Shown here: piece after piece, positions 1 through 12,700 of the stretch
Layout: the number at the start of each line of letters is the position of its first letter
Position numbering within the stretch: the first letter of the stretch is position 1
From: Glycera tridactyla
Taxonomy: Eukaryota
Direction of reading: 5' to 3'
NCBI GenBank assembly: GCA_965644265.1
Contig: OZ286461.1
Location: forward strand, 44,826,001-44,890,000
Length of the DNA: 64,000 nt
Position numbers and translations under genes: made by a program
Notes under the pieces: model-generated
Database searches by the model: none
Seen by the model: only the letters and a program-made list of their open reading frames with translations
What the model was told of the DNA's origin: nothing

Positions 1-3000
1 AAACCCTGGCCTGGTATTTCACTGATGACCTGTCCGACTCTGTCTCAGCTGTTCATGGTGTTGCTGAGTCAGTCTTGAGCAACATTTCTCTTAATTGAAA
101 AAAAATCATAATAGTTGGCAACCAGGCATTATGGTAATGACCTCCCAATTGTTACCATAGTGCTGAGACCATCCAGTGACTGAGTATAGAAAGTCCCAGA
201 TGGCCAGTCATGCATTTGTCCATTTGTGAGAATAGATAAAACTGGTTGAATCAAAAAACCTCCATCACTGAAAGAATAGTCTATCAACCCGATCAAAGTA
301 AACTCACATAATGCAGGGTTGAATCCAGGATTTTCCAAATTGGAGGTATTTCTGCGGAATGAGTCATTTTTACCCAAATAATTCATTTAACGAATTCCCT
401 CAATATTGAAAAGTGCAGAGCTTGTTGATTTTGGGGGCTTTGTTGCCCCTGCTGCCTTGACGGGAGCCCACGCACCGTAAAATGACGAAAGTTTGACTGC
501 TCAACAGTGAAAAAGATACTGCACAATGAATTTGCCAGATGATACTCTGATCAAATTCAAATGAACAAGACATAATTGCAATAATTCCACTGCTAAATCC
601 AGGGGCATTTTTCCATTTTTTTAATTTTTAAACCATTTTTTCCACATTTTCAAAATTGGTTCACTCAATATGGTATGAATACAACTCCTGTGATGTTTTA
701 GGAAGCATAATAGTCTCTGGTGGTCCCATTAGAGAAGCCCACACAAAATGTGTGAAATACCCCCATGCCCCACTTCTAAATGTAACCCTGACCATCCAAC
801 AGGTGTTCCACCATTTTGAGTACAATCAGGACATAGGAAACAAGAAACAGAAATAGATGTGGACACATTTGCCACAAACTGAAAAACTGATAGAGAGACG
901 CCACAAGATTGGCACTTATATAAATGTTGAAGATGCAGACTTAATTTTCATCGCAAAATATGGGATAAACATGTGTTTTTCATGTTTGAGTCCTCCATCA
1001 AGAATTGAACACCATAATACATTGTTTGAAATAGCCAGGCAGGGATAAAGTTGTGAAAGGGCACATTAAACCATATATCTTGTGCCCAGAGGTCACATGG
1101 AATTTTCCATACTTCCATATGATTACATGGTTTGAGGCACACACAAATCCGAAATGGCACATGAAATCTGCATCAATGTGTCTGGAAGACCCATACATAT
1201 TTCCGAGCAAGAAAATCCCTGGTAAGGTATCATTTGGGTTGGAGTATGCCTTCAACGATATGTTGGTGTATGCTGTCACTGACCATAAGTCACTGAAAAT
1301 TCCGATTCAATTCAACAGGCTATCATGTTTGTTTTATCCAATGAAGATGCTAGCCATTAGCCAGTTAGTCAGGGGCTGAAGCATTTCCCATCCGGCTAAA
1401 GAAATTGACAAGTATTTAGCCAAACTAGTGAAAAGGAATTAGTCTGAAGTGAATTAAGACAGTGATTGTATCCTCTAATAAGAGACTGCATTTTAAAAAC
1501 AGCTCTTCTATTCGACATATGAAAATACACCTCTGACGAGAGACCACCGCTTTTGAGAGACCACATTTCAGGGGTATTCAGGATGGTCTCTCATCGCAGG
1601 TTTCACTGTATTATAGCATACTCGGGAGACCAAACTTTGGGGATGCTAAGGTTCTGGCTCAATGCAGGTACCGCAGAAGTCTCAGATTTAATGGCTGACA
1701 ACAGCCATAAAATGTGACACAGCGGATGAAGAAGACAAGAAATCCTGACGACATTCATTGTTTGACATACTTGGAGATGGTGAACAGTGCTATGCATATA
1801 CATGCCTGGAGGGCCGACCCGTCTCTACAAGGTGGCGAGCCAATCTTACAACCTCCAAGACAGGAGAGGTGGACAGCAGACAAGTTGGCAACATGTCCCC
1901 CAAAGCTATGTGTCATCTTAATCAAATATATAATCATGTAACATGCATCCTATATTGTCTCACCTACCCCGCTGGTGCCGATGGGCTGAGATTATTATCA
2001 GGCAAACCCAGGGTTCATTTCTCTAATGTTCAAGATCACCCTCGATATGTGAGAATCTTGTAAGTCAAAATTATCTATGGCCTGATGGTAACGTTATTGC
2101 CAAGAAGACTGAGCCAGATTTGCAGCAAATGTTTGAATTTTCTCAAACTACCACAACATGGCCTCAAAATATCAGTGATGGAACTTCTACATTGTAACAA
2201 CCTCTCATTTTCAATCTCTTTTTTGATGATCCATTTTCCAGACTTCCATTTTTTTTAAAGGGGGGGGGGGGGGGGGGGGCAGCACTACTAAGTAAGGGCC
2301 AAGATATAGGAGCCAAAACTATGATTTGTTCACTTCAGTTTCAGAAAACAAATTCATGCTTGAACAATTAAAAATTATGCTCTTGGATGCGACCAACTCA
2401 CAACCTAATACCTGGTTGTATGCACTGCACATGATTTGTATTCATTTTTCTTCTCCACTATATCAGGTCTGATCTTCATGATCCAAACACCAATACAATC
2501 AGCACAAAACACCCTATTTTGTCATAAGTATGGTTGGCTACATTTCCTTAAAAAAACATGGAAATTCATGAATCCAATTAATACTCACACTCACATTTCT
2601 CTTGTGAGGGGAAGGAATTTTAGACTGGAGCAGGGGTGCCAACCTCTGATGGACAAAAATAGTAGCGGGACCAATTTCAAAAAGTGGCAGTACATTGATT
2701 TTGACGAGAAGCATCACTCATGAAATGCAAGAATTTAGGCCTAAAATAGCTGCCACTTCGAAATACAATGTAGTAGCTGTTGGCATCCCTGCTAGAGTGA
2801 AACTTAGAGAGAACATCCTAGTAATTTTTTCCTGCCAATCAGGCTGAAGATGAGGGACAGAACATCTTAGGTAAATGAGCAAAGGTTTGGCCGATGGCAA
2901 GAATCATATGAGGACATGTGGCTACTGTATTACCCGATGAATGAATAGGATCAGTTTGCATGGCCTCCACATGGCAGGGACCCTTGCATCGCTGCATTTA

Positions 3001-3680
3001 GGATAGAACAGTCGATCCTGGTTGAAGCCCACCTCAGTGCTAAAACCACCTGCCTACAAAGACCACTATTCATGTGATTAAGGGTTGTCTCTGCAGATAG
3101 AGCTGAACTACACTTGAAATTTGATGGCTTAAGACAGGTGCTTGCTATATTTTGTAATATCCAACATGATGGTAACATTTCGATTGCCAAGTTCACCATT
3201 TACCATCAGATTTGAGTTTGAATTCCATGAATGGATCATGTAAACTTCCAGCGAACATCATCAGTTCGCATGCCTCTGAAGAAGATACGCTCTCATTTCA
3301 TTGCATTTTCACAGTCAAATGGTCGACATAATTGGCTGCTCTTTCCTATGTGAAACAATGGGATTACAACTGCACATATATACAGCAATATACAATATTT
3401 CAAATTAGGCTGAACTACTCACAGTAATTGAATGATTCAAGTGAAGATTCCTAAGCCCAAATGAATGGTAATGGTACATATCCAGTAGGCCTAAGACTAA
3501 GTGATACAAGCCAATTAAAGTCATCGGGCCAAACAATTTTAGCAATTTGACCCAATATTCGAATGCAGTGAAACCTGTGATGAGAGGATGTCCTGAACGT
3601 CAGTCACTTGAAAGTCTTCCTCCTGAAATGGTCTCTTTTGGGGATCTCTTGACAGAGGGTCTCACTGCACTGTTTTCAGT

Positions 3681-4039
3681 TACAGTCGAACCTCTCTATA
3701 AAGACCGCCTTCGGTCGCATCAACAAGTGGCCTTTATAGGGAGGTGGTCTTTATAGAGGTCATTTACTGTTGAAAATACAACCTCGGTCGCAGCTCAGGG
3801 TGGTCTTTATAGGGAGGTGGTATTAATAGAGAGGTGGTCTTTAGAGGAGGTTCGACTGTACAGTAAACCCTGTCTTGGGAGACCGCCCCAAATGCCAACA
3901 AAAAGCGGTCTCTCAAGACAGGTGGTCTCTCATTGGAGGTATATTTGACTATGTCAAATACAGAAGAGCCATTAAAACCGGTCTCCCATTAGAGGGTGGT
4001 CTCCCAAAAGAGGGGTCTCCCAAGACAGGTTTCACTGTA
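3681..4039. mobile_element. Two adjacent TA-flanked Tc1/mariner-type MITEs sharing one TA
   Basis: tacagtcgaacct...aggttcgactgta (3681-3860) is immediately followed by cagtaaaccctg...caggtttcactgta. These represent a family of about 30 full or partial copies, e.g. 9863-10044, 15443-15624, 15824-15986, 20419-20586, 20671-20847, 23214-23397, 23505-23684, 29142-29326, 32231-32380, 39732-39914, 41791-41971, 45349-45530, 55325-55488, 57079-57243, 59208-59388. Confidence 0.9.
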
Positions 4040-6012
4040 TTATGTTGGAGTGTTCTGTCCATTGTACTAATAGCCGGAATGAGCACATAATGTGTTTCTA
4101 AACAAATTTACCCATTTTCTAAGCAATAAGTAAAATGATATTCACATTGATACTGAACAGATGCCAAATATTTGCCTCGAAAATGAAACCACCAGCAAAT
4201 GGCTGGCTACATATGACCTCAATATAATAGAAAGTTGAAACTGATTGAGACTACCTCTATACAAAGACAACCTGCCTGCCTACAAAGAACACCCTAAGGA
4301 GATGGAAATATGTTGGTCTTGGTTCCAAGTTGATTCATGATGAATTCAAATGTCTTGACTTTTCATCAAAATTGTAACAAAGTGAGTTAATTTGAATTCA
4401 TCAACACCCTGAGGAGTGACTGCTATGGTAAATTCTTCACTGAACAACCTTTCTACAAAGATCAATGTTTGATGTGAACAGTGGTGGTTCAACTGTGTCA
4501 GATAATCTGTGGATCAACACAATAAACCTAGCCATATTGGTTGTAATGAATAAACCTACAAGTCAGCAAGATTGAGGATCAACCAGGCCTAAGAGAATAT
4601 GATTAGATTTGCTGAGAGCAGGGCTTGATCTGGAACTTTGATGTCCTAATACAAAGATTGATATGAATGATCATTTCAAGAGCATTATAAATTTGATGAC
4701 AAGTCAGAAACACCATTTTCCACCATTGATATTGAAATATGTGTGACATGTACACATTCTGAATACTGTACCTAATTTTTTATGTCATACTTGATATGAT
4801 TATTGATATGACATCAATGTGAGTGAATAACCCAGATTTCTTGGAATATCCGGGGAATTTCTGGAAAATATCCCCATATACTTTCAAAAAGTTGCATATT
4901 TGAACAGCCAGCAACAAATCCACCAACTTTCATATCTACTATTTGAAACCCAATTTCCTCAATTTTAATAATTTCCTTGGCACTAGCATCACTCATATGA
5001 TTCAAATCGTTTTTACCAGATGGTTTGGGATATCATTATGTGATCCATCCAACATTTGACCATGTTCAAAACCAGAAGCTAGCCATTCCAATATAAGGTG
5101 GCCAATACCCAAGTCCGGTAATCATTAGATACAGTCAATCCTCCTCTAAAGACCACCTCTCCATGAAGGCCACCCAAGCTGTGACAGTGGTACTATTTTT
5201 AACATTAAATGACCTCTCCATACAGACCACCTCCCTATAAAGAACACTTTTTTATGCAACTGAAGGCGGTCTTTATAGAGGTTGGGCCCCTACTGATCCC
5301 ATGAATCAGAGCCAAACAAATGGGGCTGGGGTGAGGACAGGCTCTCATCAAGCATTTCCTCGGCAGTATCAATGGTCAACTCCTAACATTACTCCCTCTA
5401 GCTGTGATATTACACACTGAATGCAACTCAAGACAGCAAGATCCACCAGATGGAAATTTTCATAATGAGCTACACTAGTGCCACTCTCTGGTGGGGAGTG
5501 ACACTAATACAATGGCTGGGGAGGCAAGGCATACATAGAGAAATCGCTATGATGTCAAATGAATGAAGTGGTGCCTTTAGCAGGGATGTGATTGGCTTAC
5601 AACCAAAAACAATGAAAACCTGACCACGAGCACTCATACCAAAATTTTGTCGAGCACTTATACCAAAATTTTGTCTATCAACAAACCCAAGCAACTGGTG
5701 ACTGAATGCTACCAGGACTCCATACAAACAATGAGTCTTATCTCCACTGATACTGTTCCGACTTTCCTGATCATGGTCTTTGCTGTCAGGTGCATGTCTT
5801 GCTGTTTGTAAGCAAAAACACGGAAATCCGTGGGCCCAATCACAAGACACACAACCAACCCTCAAACTTCCAACACACACTAGTACAGTAAAACCTGTCT
5901 ATAGTGAAAAGTCATGGGCCAGATTTTCTTTTCACTGTAGACAGGATTTCACTGTGGACAGGATTACACTATTACTGTACATGAATGCAACACACACAAG
6001 TACATGTGCACG

Positions 6013-6072
<60 letters not shown>
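6013..6072. repeat. (CA)n microsatellite; similar tracts at about 11230-11300 and 22060-22140
   Basis: Directly visible. Other simple repeats: (GGTT)n 27395-27460, (AGT)n 40031-40206, (GGT)-rich 46820-47060 and 61090-61300, (CATT)n 50200-50235. Confidence 0.95.
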
Positions 6073-6075
<3 letters not shown>

Positions 6076-6949
6076 TGATAGAAATCATGTCAGAGACATA
6101 TTTCCAGATTGTACTGGCAACAGGTCCATGAAATGTGTTCCAAATGCCCAAATTATTTTTTGGCTTGTATGGGATTTGAACCATCAACCTTCCAGTTTGG
6201 CACCCTTGCCAGCAACAAACTGCCAACACTCTTGTCCTCTGCCCCACGGCAGATCCACTAAATGGATATGCAATGGACGCAGTTAAGCCAGAGCGCTGGC
6301 AGTGTGTTACCCCCAGAGGTCAATGTATCANNNNNNNNNNNNNNNNNNNNNNNNNNNNNNNNNNNNNNNNNNNNNNNNNNNNNNNNNNNNNNNNNNNNNN
6401 NNNNNNNNNNNNNNNNNNNNNNNNNNNNNNNNNNNNNNNNNNNNNNNNNNNNNNNNNNNNNNNNNNNNNNNNNNNNNNNNNNNNTGATCCACAGTTCTCA
6501 TCCAAGTATTAGAACCAGCCATCAGTTGACTATTGACAACCCTCCTGAGATTGGATAGTGTTCTGGTGGAGTCATTTTTGCAGAAAACCGTTATTTCATT
6601 GTCACATGTTCAAATTACAAAAATTTTAAGCATTCCTTGTCAGAGTATATCAAGGAACCTGCAATCAGACACACTGATCCATCACAGATGAAACCAAGCA
6701 ATCATAAAGCAAAGTTTGTGAGATGATTTGGGGTTAGGGTGAGGTAGAATTCATACTATGGTACTCTCCCCCTCCTTCACAAACTAGTAAATGAGCGAAT
6801 TCTATCAAGTATGGATTCTCCAGTAGACAATGCACTTTTCCTTATGTGAAGATTACTTCACTCCCAAAAATGTTGGGAATCAAAATACAACATGCATCCA
6901 GTCAAGCAATGTCTCCACTGACTGTGAGACATCAGAAAAAAACAAGGCA

Positions 6950-8830
6950 TCAGTGATGCGGGGTCCCCCGCCGATGTGGGACTATGACAGTGAGCACCTC
7001 TGCTTCCTGAACTGCGCAGAAAAAATCTGTTGGTTTTCTTCATATGGGGTCGACAATGTGCATGCCATTATGGAGTGTTTCAAGTATGCCCATGGGCAGC
7101 CCAGCACTTGCCCAAGCTCAGAATAAATGTGCCAGTGCACATATGAACAATGAGAAAGATCAATGAGATATGATTTGGTATGTATCAGTGGATTTGTTTT
7201 GAATACATGGGTTCTGCACAGCGCATACCATCCTGAAGTGTTTGAAGCTCTTCAAGAAGATGCTTCCAGAAAGGTTGATTCAGTGTGGATTGGTGCAGCA
7301 GTCCACACTACATGGGTTCCTATAAGTCCATACCATCGACCATTTTAAATGTCAATGGGCAGCCTATGCTACCCATAACTTGCCCAAACCCATGATAAAG
7401 ATGTCAGTGCACAGCTACATATCAAGACACTTCAGGGAAAGTTCATTCGATGTGGATCGGTGAAGTCGTTTTAGAGAGATGAGTTCCATTAGGTCCAAAT
7501 AAGAGTGCATGCCATATTGAAGTCCTTCAGATATTTCAACTGCCCATGTGCAGCCCATTGCATGTACAAATCTGTAATAAATCTGCCAGTGCATACCTAC
7601 ACATCAGGACGCTTCAGGAAAACTTTATTTTGTGTGAATCGGTGCAGCCATAGTGGAGATATGAGTTCTGCAGAGTGTGGATGGGAGTGCCTAGCATTCA
7701 GACATTTCACCTGCCCATGGGCAGCCCATCACATGGCAGAAGCCAGAATAAATGGGCCAGTGCACACCTACACATCACGGCACTTCTAGGAAACTTGATT
7801 TGGTGTGAATCGATGAGTTCCGCAAAATCCTGATGACATCCTGAATTTTTTCCACATCTCACCTGCCCCGTGGGCAGGCAATCACATGCCCAAATTCAGA
7901 ACAAACATGCCAGTGCACACCTACACATCAAGACGCTTCCAGGAAACTTGATTTGGTGTGAATCAGTGCAGCCATAGTGGAGATATGAGTTCCGCAAAAT
8001 CCTAATGATATCCTGAAGTTTTTCACATTTCACCTGCCCCTGGGCAGGCAATCACATGCCCAAATTCAGAACAAACATGCCAGTGCACACCTACACATCA
8101 AGACGCTTCCAGGAAACTTGATTTGGTGTGAATCGGTGCAGCCATAGTGGAGATATGAGTTCCGCAAAATCCTGATGATATCCTGAAGTTTTTCACATTT
8201 CACCTGCCCCTGGGCAGGCAATCACATGCCCAAATTCAGAATAAACATGCCAGTGCACACCTACACATCAAGACGCTTCCAGGAAACTTGATTTGGTGTG
8301 AATCGGTGCAGCCATAGTGGAGATATGAGTTCCGCAAAATCCTGATGACATCCTGAAGTTTTTCACATTTCACCTGCCCGTGGGCAGGCAATCACATGCC
8401 CAAATTCAGAATAAACGTGCCAGTGCACACCTACACATCAAGACGCTTCCAGAAAACTTGATCTGGTGTGAATCGGTGCAGCCATGGTGGAGATATGAGT
8501 TCCGCAAAATCCTGATGACATCCTGAAGTTTTTCACATTTCACCTGCCCGTGGGCAGGCTATCACATGCCCAATTCCAGAATAAACATGCCAGTGCACAC
8601 CTAAACATCAAGACGCTTCCATGAAACTTGATTTGGTGTGAATCGGTGCAGCGGTTCCAGAGATACAGGTTCCGCAAAGTTGGCGTGCGCGGACGGACAC
8701 CGGACGGACACCGGACGGACAAGGGACGCACGGACGGACGGACGGACAGACGGACGGACGGACGGACGGACGGACGGACAGACGCCCACTGTTTTATAGT
8801 CCCCCTTCCGGTGTTCCGGCGGGGGACAAT
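6950..8830 (+). mobile_element. Helentron-associated non-autonomous (HINE-like) element with an internal tandem array
   Basis: An internal array is followed by (GGAC)n at about 8689-8782 and a terminal hairpin gtccccc...gggggac at 8799-8827, then acaat. The 5' boundary is uncertain. Confidence 0.65.
7790..8660 (+). repeat. 170-bp tandem array, about 5 near-identical units with more degenerate units upstream
   Basis: The anchor tgggcaggc recurs at 7871, 8041, 8211, 8381 and 8551 (period exactly 170). Degenerate units lie near 7090, 7360, 7550 and 7718. Confidence 0.95.
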
Positions 8831-8999
8831 TATGGTTGTGCTCCTGCATGCCACCATTCAGTGGGAAGCATGATTGAGATTGAGAATGAGAATTGTTTAT
8901 TTCCTCACACAGTACAAAGCTCGTGTCAAACAATGACAAGATTTTATGCATGACCGTGACATAAAATCGAGAGAAATTCAATTGATACTCGGAGATGAA

Positions 9000-9470
9000 A
9001 CATGACTGGTGGGTGCCTTGTGAGGGTCACTTGGATGAAATTTCAGTTCTGATATGGGAGGGATACGATGAAAGGATTAGAAGATAATGAGCGGGAACCT
9101 CTCAACTAATCAGATACCACCATTTGGCAGAAGATCAGTCAAGTGTGATGGTCCACTATTCACTTCTGAAGGTCACTTGGATGTGACCATAGTTGTGATA
9201 TGGGAGGGATAGGATGAAAAGTGCAGAAGATTATGAACTGAAATCTCTCGACCAATCAGAGGCCATCACTTGGCGGGAAATCACTCAAGTGTGACGCTAC
9301 ACTTCTCACTTCTGAGGATCACTTGGATGAGTTCACCGTTCTGATATGGGAGGAATATGATGGAAACTTCAGGAGAGAATGAGCAGAAATCAATGGGAGA
9401 CCAACAGACAGATGCACAGACAGACGGACGTCCATCATTTTATTAGCCCCTCACCTTACGACCCTTTACA
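9000..9470 (+). repeat. HINE-like fragment with about 120-bp subrepeats
   Basis: tcacttggatg...gatatgggagg recurs near 9028, 9173 and 9319, and the fragment ends with acagacagatgcacagacagacggacg. Confidence 0.5.
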
Positions 9471-9736
9471 ATCAAGTTCATTCGCGATCCTATCAACTAA
9501 GAAATTTCAATAGCAACAACACGGTCACATTGAAGTGTAATTGGTCCATAGAGTGGTGGATTATGCTCCAACTATTTCAAGAGTTTAACAATGCAAAACC
9601 CAGGAAAAAGTGGCAAGAGGAAGTTATCAGGACATAGCCCAGTTCTTTTCTCAACTGCTGAAAAGTCCAAATTCTCCTCAGAGCTTCACATTCACAAAGA
9701 TGCGACTACTATAATGAGGAAATGTACTTCACTTAC

Positions 9737-9799
9737 CATTCAATTTGTCTGCCAATGGATCATTGACATCTATGCACAGGATTTTCCAATCAGTTTCTC
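9737..9799 (-). CDS. PPA1: Pyrophosphatase coding exon 6
   Basis: tttgcag|GA GAA ACT ... AAT G|gtaagt; encodes (G)[20 protein letters not shown]. Confidence 0.96.
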
Positions 9800-12700
9800 C
9801 TGCAAATATAAAAAGATTGACATGTTGATGAATTCCACTCAATCCCATATTTTGGAACAATGTACAGTGAAACCTGCCACCAGAGACCGCCCTGAATGTC
9901 ACCAAGTAGTGGCCTCTCAAAAGAGGTGGTCTCTCGTCGGGAGGTATATTTGACTATGTCAAATAGAAAAGCTGCCCTGAAAATGTGGTCTCCCGTCGCA
10001 GTCGGTCTCTGGTCGAGGGGTCTCTCGTCGCAGGTTTCACTGTAGCATGATTCTCTCATACAATTTGCAACCATGACCCATTATAATGGTGAAAGCATAG
10101 AGTCTGCTCTCCAACTAATTAATCAATAAATCAACCAATCGGCCAATAAGCTTCAACAAGAATGCCCCTCCAGACTCTGATGAGCATACTCGCTGTAAAA
10201 GCATAAACACCGATGTGAGCCATCTAGTGGTAACTTTGGAAATGATCAGTCGGTATCTACCCACTAGATGTCAGTTCATGCAGCCAACTCACACTAGATG
10301 ACACTTCCTTCCAGGTCATCTTCAGGAGTGTACCAATGCATGAACAGGTAGAACTTCATGTTGGCCAAAGCTCGGCTGATCCCTAGTTCGGCAATTGCTA
10401 AATGTTGGTGGGCACCTCGTCACACAAGATGTCCCCCCCCCCCCAGGATTTGTAATTATTCACTACCCTCATGCCTGCCTGTCTTCCCACCTGCTTGCTT
10501 ATTCACTGATAGGCTAGACATTACTGGTTGACAACTATCCTTTCAGTATTAGTGAAAAAATGTGAATTCTTAAATTAGCCACATGGAACTTGACCTTTGA
10601 CCTTTCAGCACCAACACTGGAAGGGAGTTGTACCACCAATGGTTCATTGTACTATTCGAGTTTGGTCTATGTTGGTGAAGTCTGACTTCAGATAGTTTGG
10701 TCCCTATTGGCGAAGGCTCACAACAGCTATAGTGCAAACTGTTAAATTCAAAAAATAGCTCAATACTCGACCATGAATTGTGTGCAATTGTTGATTCTAA
10801 GCAATAATACGATCAGAATCAAAATCCATTGAAGGATGGAGGAGCTACAATTTCTGTGCTTTTGAGCTGAATATCCAATTAGGTGTGACCCAATTAGCCT
10901 AATTACTGAGTTGTCAACAAGAAATTTACAAAAAACGTGACCAAGTTTTGTGTGAAATGCTTATATCTCCCCCAGAAAACAATCAGAATTAAAATCCATC
11001 AAGAATTGAGGGAGGAGATACGATTTTAGTGATTCTTGCATAATCACCCAATTAGCCTGATTACCAAGTCATCAAATGAGAATTTCACACAAAACATGAC
11101 CAAGTTGTGCGTGTAATGTTTGGTCCTGTCCAATGAAATAATCAGAATCAGAATCCATTGAACAAGAAGCTGTCATAGACAGTGTATCCCTCGCCATGGG
11201 TGCTTTTTCACAAAGGGCAATAACTCGTGCGCGCACACACACACATACACACACAAACACACACACACACACACACATACACACACATACACACACACAC
11301 AAAGAAAGACCCTGACGATATGCACTGCAGAACCTTAAGATGATCATTTAGTGAAAATTTGGTGAAAATTGCATGTAAAATGAAGGAGGAGTTGCGCAGC
11401 CAATAATTCACATGTAAAATTGAAACAAGGCATAAATGCACAAATGGCACGCATGTGCGCCGCTAATTCATCCAAGCAGCTGAATCTAGCAAGCATAATC
11501 TTTTGCTCCAAGCATTCTCAAGTAATTGCAGTAACAAGGTCATGACCTGGAAGATGGAGATCAAGGTCACTCACCATTTTATGGGCTTCTTTTGCTTTCA
11601 ATTGTGCATATATGGTGTAAATCTGGGGAATGTAGCTCCAAGCGTTCTCATGTCATTGGAGTAACAAAGTATTTTTAATGTCAAGGTCATGACCTTGAAG
11701 GTGAAGGATGAGGTCAACCACATTTGATGGGATTATCCCCATTCATTGGTAAATCTGGCAGAAATTTGATGGATGTAGCTTGAAGTTTTCAAAGTCAAGG
11801 TCATGACCTGAAAGATGAAGGTCTAGGTCACTGACATTTGATAGGCTTCTTTTGCTTTCAGTGGTGCATATATGGTGTAAATCTGGTGAATGTAGCTCCA
11901 AGCGTTCTCATGTTATTGGAGTAACCAAATATTTTGAATGTCAAGGTCATGACCTTGAAGGTGAAAGTTGAGGTCAACCACATTCGATGGGACTGTCCCC
12001 CATTCATTGGTGCATATCTGGCAAAATTTGATGGATGTAGCTTGAAGTTTTCAAAGTCAAGGTCATGACCTTGAAAATGAAGGTCAAGGTCACAGCCCCC
12101 CCCCCCCATCCCATGGCCACTCGCTGCTGCCCCCACCCCCTGCCCTGCCCACCACAGTTTAATCAAGAGATCAGACAGCTCTGCTGATATGTGAAAAGAC
12201 TCCACTTGGTGCAAAGACAGTTATATAACCGAGGACGAAATGTGACAAGGCTCCATTCAGAGGACCGGCAGTGTCATTACATAACAGCCTCGGTAATAGA
12301 CATCATATAGTCCACTCTTTCCTATTCTGCTGGTAGAAAGTTGCTTTAAAATTCAGGATTCCAGCCTGAATAACTCATCTTCCATGAAAGTCATTGGAAC
12401 AATATTGATACCCGGTATTCTGCCGCTCATGATCTTTATGATTGCAAAATTTCAGAAATATTGCTTGATTAGTTACAGAGTAGTAGCTCAAAGAAAAACT
12501 TTGACCAAAAACTTTAACCAGGAAGTTTACGCCACACGGCCAAACGGCCGGACGGCCACACGGCCGGACGGCCGGACAGACGGAATCTGCGCCATTACAT
12601 AGACACGCATTTTGCTCCGCATGCGTGCCAAAAAGGGTTATTACATCTCAAAAAATAATCTGATGATGAAACCCTGACAATATGCACTGCATAACCTTAT

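Noticed and set aside
129-1379. Several overlapping 60-108-aa ORFs on both strands in non-repeat sequence
   Set aside because: No recognisable domain, no consistent splice sites, and the frames are closed by stops at both ends. They do not encode the missing PPase exons.
6140-6240. tRNA B-box-like GGTTCAAATCCC on the minus strand
   Set aside because: No cloverleaf or clear A box could be built. At most a decayed SINE head.
7790-8660. Regular repeat array considered as a CRISPR array
   Set aside because: The units are contiguous 170-bp repeats without unique spacers, the context is eukaryotic, and there are no cas genes.
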